This document shows positions 1 to 6,916 of a stretch of DNA of 14,234 nt, piece after piece. The notes beneath the pieces are model-generated. The model saw only the letters and a program-made list of their open reading frames with translations. It had not been told where the DNA came from and searched no databases. Location: positions 1-14,234 of the forward strand of contig JBBIUY010000050.1 of assembly GCA_037440005.1 (NCBI GenBank), written 5' to 3'. The translations under genes were made by a program, and so were the position numbers. The DNA comes from Armatimonadota bacterium (GTDB taxonomy: Bacteria > Sysuimicrobiota > Sysuimicrobiia > Sysuimicrobiales > Kaftiobacteriaceae). Each line of letters opens with the position of its first letter. The stretch's first letter is position 1.

Positions 1-8
1 GGGCGCGG

Positions 9-126
9 CTTGCAATGGAGAGACCCGAACTCAGGGGATTGCGACACCACGTACTGCGTCCCTGTGGCAGGGTTCAGGGTTCCCGTTGCCTCGCAATGAA
101 GAGACCCGAACTCAGGGGGTTGCGAC
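9..126 (+). CRISPR. Distal (trailer) end of a CRISPR array, type III-like repeat; array probably continues upstream of the window
   Basis: Two 37-bp direct repeats: 9-45 CTTGCAATGGAGAGACCCGAACTCAGGGGATTGCGAC and 90-126 CTCGCAATGAAGAGACCCGAACTCAGGGGGTTGCGAC (3 mismatches), separated by a 44-nt unique spacer (46-89). The 3' end GGGGATTGCGAC resembles Thermus type III repeats (ATTGCGAC handle). Only two repeats are visible. Confidence 0.85.
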
Positions 127-294
127 GTTTGCTGTCACGTCCTCTGCCGAGACGCTACGCGCGCTTACAGCGAGCCGGCAGGTAGTCCGACCGCGTCAAT
201 CCTCAGGGGATGAGCGAGAGTAGAGAGCCGGGGGAACGGGCATAAAGGCCGGTGGCTGCGTCGGTGGATTCGTAGTACTGCCGGGAGGGCTGCG

Positions 295-1008
295 ATGAGA
301 CCCGCACTCATAGCCTGTGCTGCCTTGATTGCGATCTTGATCGCGACGTCGGCCGCCTACGGCGCTACCCAGGTCTCTGTCTGGCCGGCCACCTTGAGTT
401 TCGGGACGCCCGGGGGGGAGTTCGCCTGGACGTCCACGGTCTTCGGCCTGCGCTTTGACCAGGGGCTGGCGCCCATGGTGGGCCTGCGGACCACGCTGCA
501 GTACGGTCCGGTCAGCGGCCTCACCTTCGGAGGAAGCGGCCTCACCGGCTTCTCCGGCCAGACCCTGGCCGGCGAGGCTGTCCTGCGGGTGGGGCTGGGT
601 GTCGGCCGGGTGGGGGTGGCGGGGTTTGCGGGCTACGGGGGCTACGTCCTCAACGCCACCGGGCCGGCGGCGTCCGACCGCGTCGTCCTGCAGGACCTGG
701 GGATGCGTCTGGGCGTGGACCTGACCCTCGCCCTGGCCCCCGCGCTCAGCCTGCGGGCCACTTACGCGATCAGTCCCTCGGTGGACGTGAGCGCCGATTA
801 CTCCATCAGCAGCCCCGCCGCCGCGGGCTCGTTCACCGGAACGGGCAGCGGCCGGGACCTGGAGGCACTCTTGGTCTTCAGCCCCGTGCCGCGCACCGCG
901 GTGTTCGCCGGGTACCGCAGCGCCACCAGGGAAGTGAGCTGGTCGGGCGGGCCGACCACGTCCAGCGACTTCAGCGGCTGGGTGGCGGGCGTCTCGCTGT
1001 CATTTTAG
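295..1008 (+). CDS. Exported protein, probable outer-membrane beta-barrel
   Basis: GGGAGG RBS upstream; N-terminal signal peptide (MRPALIACAALIAILIATSAAYG); alternating hydrophobic/Gly-rich beta strands; C-terminal beta-signal-like GWVAGVSLSF ending in Phe. Confidence 0.7.
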   Translation: MRPALIACAALIAILIATSAAYGATQVSVWPATLSFGTPGGEFAWTSTVFGLRFDQGLAPMVGLRTTLQYGPVSGLTFGGSGLTGFSGQTLAGEAVLRVGLGVGRVGVAGFAGYGGYVLNATGPAASDRVVLQDLGMRLGVDLTLALAPALSLRATYAISPSVDVSADYSISSPAAAGSFTGTGSGRDLEALLVFSPVPRTAVFAGYRSATREVSWSGGPTTSSDFSGWVAGVSLSF

Positions 1009-1115
1009 GCGGACCCCGGGCAGACCCACGGCCGTCCGGGCAGCCGATGATGGGCGGGCTTGCCCGGACGGCCGGTGCATTGCGGGCGTGGGTCTGCGCG
1101 GCAGGAGGGGGCGGG

Positions 1116-1325
1116 ATGCGGCGTGGAACACCCGCCAGCGGAGCCATGTCCGCTTCGACTTCGGGACTGCCTGCTGGTCTGCCGGTCCCCACCGACGACG
1201 GAGCCTGTGCGCGGCTCACCCCCGTCGTCCGCGACGGCCGGATCGAGCACGTCTTCTACCCCGTCTTTCCTCCCGACCGCAACCCCGACGACGTCCTGGC
1301 CTGGCTGGACGCCCACCCGGACTGA
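1116..1325 (+). pseudogene. Internally deleted peroxiredoxin (BCP/redoxin-like) remnant
   Basis: LPAGLPVPTDDGA matches the N-terminus and RLTPVVRDGRIEHVFYPVFPPDRNPDDVLAWL the C-terminus of a BCP-like peroxiredoxin family. They are joined in frame with no thioredoxin core or peroxidatic Cys motif. AGGAGG precedes ATG 1116; alternative ATG at 1146. Confidence 0.7.
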
Positions 1326-1392
1326 CCGCGGCGGCGGTGTGATCCCGCCGGGTGGGACACGGGCAGACCGCCCGGCCGGCGAGGTGGACGGC

Positions 1393-2073
1393 ATGCCCTG
1401 GCCCGCGACCGCGGACGAGCTGATCCGCGAGCAGGAGCGCCTGGCGGCGTTGTCGCCTCCGCCGTGGCGGATGGACCTGCCCGGCCTGTTGGTCGGGGGC
1501 TGTTTTGTGTGCTTCCCGCGCGGCTACGAGGGAGAAGGTGCATCTGGAGACCCCGCGTGGGCGGCGGCGGTGGTGCTGCGGGACGGCCGGTCCGTCGCGC
1601 AGGTAGTCATCCGCTCCCGGGCGGCCGCGCCGTATCGCACGGGCTTGCTGGCCCTGCGGGAGGGGCCGGTCCTGGAGGAGGCGGTGCGGGCGCTGGCCGT
1701 CCGGCCCGACGTCCTGCTGGTCAACGCCTCCGGCCGCGATCACCCGCGCCGGGCGGGGCTGGCGCTGCACCTGGGGGCGGTGGTGGACCTGCCGACCGTC
1801 GGCGTCACCGACCGTCCGCTCCTGGCCTCCGGGCCGCCGCCGGGGCCGGACAGGGGCTGTCTCAGTCCGCTGCGGCTCGATGAGGAGGTGGTGGCGTACT
1901 GGGTCCGCACCCAGCCGCGCGCGCGCCCGGTCGTCGCCCACGCCGCCTGGCGGACCGACCCGCAGACGGCCGCCCAGGTCGTGCTGCACGCCGCCGCCTC
2001 CGCCCGCACGCCCGAGCCCGTGCGCCTGGCCCGGCACCTGGCCCGCGCGGCCCGCGCCGCCGACGGAGGGTAG
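1393..2073 (+). CDS. nfi: Endonuclease V family protein with degenerate catalytic site
   Basis: Motifs PYRTGLLALREGP, PDVLLVNASGRDHPRRAGLALHLG, PTVGV and RTPEPVRLA. Start re-set to ATG 1393 (GAGGTGG RBS at 1381); the 1060 start of the ORF track overlaps the peroxiredoxin remnant. Confidence 0.88.
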   Translation: MPWPATADELIREQERLAALSPPPWRMDLPGLLVGGCFVCFPRGYEGEGASGDPAWAAAVVLRDGRSVAQVVIRSRAAAPYRTGLLALREGPVLEEAVRALAVRPDVLLVNASGRDHPRRAGLALHLGAVVDLPTVGVTDRPLLASGPPPGPDRGCLSPLRLDEEVVAYWVRTQPRARPVVAHAAWRTDPQTAAQVVLHAAASARTPEPVRLARHLARAARAADGG

Positions 2074-2613
2074 ATGGTGGCGCCCAAGAACGTGCTGCTG
2101 ACCGGACGTCCCGGGGTGGGCAAGACCACGGTCCTGCGCCGGGTCCTGGAGCACCTGCCGGTGCGGGCGGGAGGGTTTTACACCGAGGAGATCCGCGAGG
2201 GAGGACGCCGGCTGGGCTTTGCGGTCGTGACCACCGGCGGCCGTCGGGCGGTGCTCTCCCACGTGGACCTGCGGTCGCCGCACGCCGTGGGGCGGTACCG
2301 GGTCAGCGTGGAGGCCATCGAGGCGGTGGCCGTGCCGGCCCTGCTGGAGGCCCTGCGGTCGGCCGACCTGGTGGTGGTGGACGAGATTGCGCGGATGGAG
2401 CTGTGCTCGCCGCGTTTTGCGGAGGCGGTGCGCGCGGTCCTGGACGGCCCGCGCCCGGTGCTGGGGGTGATCCAGGCGGCCAGGCTGCCGTTTCTGGACG
2501 AGGTCCGCCGCCGGCCCGACGTCCGGCTGATGGAGGTGACCGCCGCGAACCGGGACGACCTGCCCGGATGGATCGCCGCCGACCTGCGCCGCCTGCTGGG
2601 GCGGCCCGGCTGA
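2074..2613 (+). CDS. Nucleoside-triphosphatase, THEP1/NTPase_1 family
   Basis: Walker A TGRPGVGKTT, GGFYTEEIRE, VGRYRV, Walker B LVVVDEIARMEL, NRDDLP. ATG directly follows the upstream TAG. Confidence 0.93.
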   Translation: MVAPKNVLLTGRPGVGKTTVLRRVLEHLPVRAGGFYTEEIREGGRRLGFAVVTTGGRRAVLSHVDLRSPHAVGRYRVSVEAIEAVAVPALLEALRSADLVVVDEIARMELCSPRFAEAVRAVLDGPRPVLGVIQAARLPFLDEVRRRPDVRLMEVTAANRDDLPGWIAADLRRLLGRPG

Positions 2614-2626
2614 CCGCCGCCGGACG

Positions 2627-3760
2627 CTAGGGAGGCGGGGGAGGGGCGGGCAGCGGTCGGAGCTCCGGGCCGGGGCTGTAGGGTCCTCCGGAGGTGAGGT
2701 CCACCTCCGCGTCGAGCTGCCTGTCGGCGGACAGAAACACCAGCCGCAGCGCCCGGGGCGGGGAGGACGACCGCTTGTCGAAGACCAGCCGGCCGGAGAC
2801 GACAGCCCCGGAACCGACCTCTCCGGGCAGCGTGGACCGCAGGAAGCGGACCCAGAGCGTCCCGTCCTCCGACAGCAGCGCCGTATGCCCCGCCATCACG
2901 GTGACCGGTGAACCGGTGGTGTTCTCCAGGGCCAGGTCCAGCGCCCACGCATCGGCCAGCTCGGCCAGCCGGTGGGGCCGGACGACCAACCCGTCCGCCT
3001 CGGCCGGCCTGTCGTAGTGCCACACCCGTAGCGGCAGGCCGCGGGACGGGAAGGCGCGGTAGGCGGCCCGGATGGCTTCCTCGCGGTCCAAAAAGCCCGG
3101 GTGAGTGCCGGCCCAGTGGGTCCGCTCCTGGCGGCGTCCGGTGACCTGGTTGAACCACGCCAGGGTGCGGGGTGCGGCCTCGGGAGCAAATCCGGCTTCC
3201 ACCAGCATCCGCAGCGCCTCCAGGTCGGCTTCTCGCTCCTTGTCCCGGGAAAAGCCCAGCGTGGCCAGGTCCAGCAGCAACCGGGTGATGTCGGCGGCCG
3301 AGCGGCTGCCGGTGAGGATGGCCACCAGCAGGGAGAACAGCGCGCCCGCGTAGGCCCGCTCGATGAACGCCGCCACGTGCCGCCGGGCGGTGTGGGCGAT
3401 CTCGTGGGCGAGGACGAATGCCCACCCCTCGGCGTCCAGGTCGAGTCCGAGCATGCCCCGGGTCACGAAGATGTACCCGGGCGTGCTGGCCGCGTTGGGC
3501 AGGGGGGTGTTGAGGATGACGACCTGGTAGGGCACGTCCGGCCGGCCGGAAAACGGCACCAGGCGGTCGCGCAGGTCGGTGAGGAACGCCGTCCACCCGG
3601 CGTCGGCGAGGATCCCGTAGCGGGCGACCAGGTCGGCCGCCACCTGCCGGCCGACGGCCAGTTCGAACTCCCGGGAGACCGACGACTGGGCGGCGGCCGG
3701 GGCGGCCAGCAGGACCGCGGTCAGCCCGGCGGCCAGCAGGCGGACGGGAAGCGCGCGCAT
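2627..3760 (-). CDS. M48 family zinc metallopeptidase, exported, with C-terminal Ig-like domain
   Basis: Signal peptide (AAPAAA); PNAASTPGYIFVTRGML; HEXXH = AHEIAH; FSRDKEREAD third-ligand motif; THPG motif. Confidence 0.9.
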   Translation of the reverse strand: MRALPVRLLAAGLTAVLLAAPAAAQSSVSREFELAVGRQVAADLVARYGILADAGWTAFLTDLRDRLVPFSGRPDVPYQVVILNTPLPNAASTPGYIFVTRGMLGLDLDAEGWAFVLAHEIAHTARRHVAAFIERAYAGALFSLLVAILTGSRSAADITRLLLDLATLGFSRDKEREADLEALRMLVEAGFAPEAAPRTLAWFNQVTGRRQERTHWAGTHPGFLDREEAIRAAYRAFPSRGLPLRVWHYDRPAEADGLVVRPHRLAELADAWALDLALENTTGSPVTVMAGHTALLSEDGTLWVRFLRSTLPGEVGSGAVVSGRLVFDKRSSSPPRALRLVFLSADRQLDAEVDLTSGGPYSPGPELRPLPAPPPPP

Positions 3761-3788
3761 CGGTCGTCTCCCGCAAGGGGCCGGTCCC

Positions 3789-3817
3789 AGTATGGGACGG
3801 CCCAGGCCGGCTGTCTA
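3789..3817 (-). promoter_or_regulatory. Putative sigma70-type promoter for the M48 peptidase gene
   Basis: Minus strand TAGACA (3817-3812) - 17 nt - CATACT (3794-3789), followed by a GGGAG RBS before ATG 3760. Confidence 0.45.
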
Positions 3818-3848
3818 CGGGGGGTCCGGGTGGAGGAGGACGGCCGGT

Positions 3849-4844
3849 CTAGGAGGACGCGCCGCCGGCCAGGACGGTCTCGATGTGGCCGTTGACCGCC
3901 GACAGGACCGTCTTGGCCGCCGCCACCGGCTCGTCACCGGCGATGCGGGCGATGCCCAGCAGCGTCTCCTCTCCGGCCGGGGTGAGGAACAGCACCTTGA
4001 CCCCCGCCGCGAGGATGTTCGCGTCCAGCGCGGAGGCGACGGGGACGATCCTCTCCAGCTCCACCCCGTACCCCTGGGGCAGCAGGGCGGTGACGGCCCG
4101 GGCGGTCGCCTGGGCGGCGATGTACAGGCGCTGGTCCGGTTCGCTGCGGCCCACCGCCTTGCCGGTGACCGTGTGGCCGTTGAGGCTCAAGGTGACCATG
4201 GCCGTCGCCGCCCGGCCCACGACCTCCACCCGCACGTCCCGAAGGACGATGCGACGGCCCGTGGGCCGGCTGGAGGGGACCGCGGCAGAGGGCGGGCTCG
4301 GGTGCTCGGGCTGAGGCGGGGCGGGCCGGGGGGCCGGGCGGGCGGCCTCCGCCTGCGGCACCGGGGGCGCCACCTCCGCGGCCGCGGTGCCCTCCAGGAC
4401 GGGCAGCGCGCCTGCGGGCCGGTTGTGGCCGTTGGAGGACACCCCGTCCCTCGGGCGGTGGGCCAACAGGCGCAGCTCGGCCCGCAGCCGCGCCACGTCC
4501 GCCGGAGTGCGGGTCACGAACGCCACCAGCGAGTTGTCTCCGACAGGGTCCACGATGATGACGCCGCCGTCGTCGAACTCGGCCAGCACGCCGTCCACCC
4601 GGCCCCGGGAGACCGCCCCGGTGTGGGACAGCTGCAGCGCCGCTGCGGCGTGGGCTGCCAGCGGCTCCAGCTCCACGGGCTCGTCGCCGCAGACCACCGA
4701 GTCAATGAGCAGGCCGTCCCAGGTGGCCACCAGGGCGGTGCGGACGCCCAGCCGGCACAGCCGGTCCTGCCCGCGGGGGTCCCGGAACAGCGCCTGCAGC
4801 TGCTCCAGGCTGTCGAACTCCTTCAGTTCCTCCAGGATCGTCAT
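3849..4844 (-). CDS. Roadblock/LC7 (MglB-like) domain protein with Pro/Ala linker and C-terminal domain
   Basis: GVRTALVATWDGLLIDS...LAAHAAA...VLAEFDDGGVIIVDPVGDNSLVAFVT is a Roadblock/LC7 pattern; a Pro-rich linker and a second folded alpha/beta domain follow. Confidence 0.78.
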   Translation of the reverse strand: MTILEELKEFDSLEQLQALFRDPRGQDRLCRLGVRTALVATWDGLLIDSVVCGDEPVELEPLAAHAAAALQLSHTGAVSRGRVDGVLAEFDDGGVIIVDPVGDNSLVAFVTRTPADVARLRAELRLLAHRPRDGVSSNGHNRPAGALPVLEGTAAAEVAPPVPQAEAARPAPRPAPPQPEHPSPPSAAVPSSRPTGRRIVLRDVRVEVVGRAATAMVTLSLNGHTVTGKAVGRSEPDQRLYIAAQATARAVTALLPQGYGVELERIVPVASALDANILAAGVKVLFLTPAGEETLLGIARIAGDEPVAAAKTVLSAVNGHIETVLAGGASS

Positions 4845-4910
4845 GGCCTCGACACCCAGGACCCTGGAGCAACTTCCATGCCGCGGGAAGTTCCAGTGCG
4901 GCCAAACCGC

Positions 4911-5897
4911 TCAGGGGGCGCCCTCGACGGCCCGCGCCGGGCGGTCGGGGGGCAGGACCGCCACCCACACGGGACCCGGGGGCAGACGCACGGGCCGGCC
5001 GGCGGCGTCGGCGAAGATGGTGCGGTCGTCGCGGCGCGGCCGCCGCCAGGTCCCCTCCAGGGCGTGGCCGGCGGCGAAGACCTCCAGCCGGCCCTCGCCG
5101 GTAAGCTCCAGGCGGCCGACCAGGACGGGCCCCTCGTAGACCTGCCACCACCGGGCGTACTGGACGACCACGGCGGAGACCTCGACGGGGGCGCCGGTGA
5201 GGGCGTCCACGTCCGGTCGAGACCCCACCGTCCGCCGGTACCGCCCGGTGGCCGGGGAGTAAGTGAAGACCGCCGTGTAGCCATCGCCGTACGGAAGCAC
5301 CACGGTCTGGGGGCGGGGCGAGGGGAGGACGGGAATCGCCTCCCAGGGCGGCCTCGCCGGCGGCCCCTGGGGGGCCACCCGGCGCAGGTCGGGCACCGAG
5401 GCGTACAGGTTGTGGGGCATCGGCCGGCTGCGCACCCGGTGAAACGGCTGGCGGACCCAGAACTGATTGACCGTCGGGCCGGCGCCTGACAGCACCGCGG
5501 CCAGGGCGCTGAGGCTGGACCCGGCGTGGGCCACCGGGGCGCCGTAGTCCCGGGCGATGTCCAAAAACTGCAGCCGCAGGCTGCGCACCGGGCCGACGAC
5601 CGGCGGGCTGGACCGGCAGTACAGGGCCAGGTAGCGGGTGATCATCGCCTCGGTGGGGACCTCGTAGACCACCTCCGCCAGGCTGATCCCCGACTGGGGC
5701 CTGGCCGGGATGGCGTTGTCCACCACCACGGCCACCCACCCGCAGGACGCCGTCTCGGTGGCGGCGGCGGGCTCGGCCACCCACCGCGCGGCCAGCGGGA
5801 CCTGCCGGGACCCCGACGGCCGGGAGGACCCGCCGGCACAGCCGGAGGCGAGCAGGGCGGCCAGCACCAGCACACCACGGATGCGGCGTCTCATCAT
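4911..5897 (-). CDS. DUF3048 (YerB-like) lipoprotein
   Basis: Lipobox LLASGC; motifs VDNAIPARPQSGISLAEVVYEVPTEAMITRYLALY, GPVRSLR, AHAGSS, PHNLY, GPVWV. Confidence 0.88.
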   Translation of the reverse strand: MMRRRIRGVLVLAALLASGCAGGSSRPSGSRQVPLAARWVAEPAAATETASCGWVAVVVDNAIPARPQSGISLAEVVYEVPTEAMITRYLALYCRSSPPVVGPVRSLRLQFLDIARDYGAPVAHAGSSLSALAAVLSGAGPTVNQFWVRQPFHRVRSRPMPHNLYASVPDLRRVAPQGPPARPPWEAIPVLPSPRPQTVVLPYGDGYTAVFTYSPATGRYRRTVGSRPDVDALTGAPVEVSAVVVQYARWWQVYEGPVLVGRLELTGEGRLEVFAAGHALEGTWRRPRRDDRTIFADAAGRPVRLPPGPVWVAVLPPDRPARAVEGAP

Positions 5898-6071
5898 GAC
5901 CGGTGGTCGCGGCGTCGTTGCTCCATCACTGTGCCCCGCCGTCCGACCGCTAGACCTGGGGGTATCGGTTCACCGCGGCGGGGGAGGTTCCTGGGGCGGG
6001 GGGAAGGCCCCGCCGGGGCGTCGAAGGGTGCACCCACCGCGCCCGGTCGCCCCCGGTCGCGCCGGCAGGCG

Positions 6072-6914
6072 ATGGACGGCCCGCTCCCGCACGCCCTGGA
6101 CCACGTGGTGGTCTTCGTCGTCGACCTCGACGCGGCGGCGGACGACTACCGGGCGCTGGGGTTTACGGTGGTGCCTGGAGGCGTCCACGCCGGCGGGGCG
6201 ACCCGTAACGCGCTGGTCCCGTTCGCCGACGGCACCTACCTGGAGCTTCTGGCTCCCGCCCGCCCGCGGACGGCGCGGCTGCTGCGGGTGCTGGGCGGGA
6301 CACCGCTGGCATCCCGGGTCGTGGGAGGCTCGGCGCTGCTGCGGCGCAGACTGCGGCGGATCCGGGCGGGGGAGGGGCTGGTGGACTTCGCTTTGGCCTG
6401 CTCCTCCCTGGAGGGCATCGCGACCGGCACAGACGCATCCGTGCGGTGGCGGACGGAAGAAGGAGGGCGCGTGCGGCCGGACGGAGTCCGCCTGGCCTGG
6501 TCGGTGGCCTATCCATCCGACCCGGCGCTGCCGTTTGTGATCGCCGACCGCACCCCGCGGTCGCTGCGGGTCCCGGAGGCAACGCATCCCAACGGAGCGA
6601 CGGGCATCCAGACGGTGACCGTGGCCACCGCGGCGTTCGACCGCGCGGTGGACGCCTACCAGAAGCTGCTGGGGCGCGAGCCGTTTGAGACCGTGGCGCC
6701 GATCCCCGACACCCTGGCCGCCGAGTTCCGGCTGGGGTCATCCCGCATCCGGCTCCTGGCGCCGCGGGGCCGCGCGCACCCGCTGCGGGCGGATCTGGCC
6801 CAGCGCGGCGAGGGCGTCATCGGCGTCGTCCTGCAGGCCGACCGACCCCGGGCGGTCAACCTGGACGTCCGCCGGGCGCACGGCGCCTCGCTGACCCTGG
6901 CCCCCGGAGGGTAA
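6072..6914 (+). CDS. VOC superfamily (Glyoxalase_3-like) protein
   Basis: LDHVVVFVVDLDAA...LGFTVVPGGVH..GATRNALVPFADGTYLELLA, GGRVRPDG..LAW, LPFVIADRTPRSLRVP, HPNGATGI. Start re-set to ATG 6072; the longer ORF overlaps the DUF3048 gene. Confidence 0.88.
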   Translation: MDGPLPHALDHVVVFVVDLDAAADDYRALGFTVVPGGVHAGGATRNALVPFADGTYLELLAPARPRTARLLRVLGGTPLASRVVGGSALLRRRLRRIRAGEGLVDFALACSSLEGIATGTDASVRWRTEEGGRVRPDGVRLAWSVAYPSDPALPFVIADRTPRSLRVPEATHPNGATGIQTVTVATAAFDRAVDAYQKLLGREPFETVAPIPDTLAAEFRLGSSRIRLLAPRGRAHPLRADLAQRGEGVIGVVLQADRPRAVNLDVRRAHGASLTLAPGG

Positions 6915-6916
6915 CG

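Noticed and set aside
1060..1392. 111-aa N-terminal extension of EndoV in the ORF track
   Set aside because: Low-complexity translation overlapping the peroxiredoxin remnant in another frame; the RBS and family homology begin at ATG 1393.
295..2613. Genes next to the array as cas genes
   Set aside because: No RAMP, Cas1/2, Cas10, CARF or HEPN motifs recognised; proximity alone does not show CRISPR association.
2178..5784. Long alternative ORFs (2178-3776 -, 3101-3895 +, 3792-5489 +, 4702-5784 -)
   Set aside because: Arg/Pro/Gly-rich shadow frames of motif-bearing genes, expected in very GC-rich DNA with few stop codons.
5526..6071. N-terminal extension of the VOC ORF
   Set aside because: Overlaps the DUF3048 gene on the opposite strand and the intergenic region; VOC homology begins after ATG 6072.
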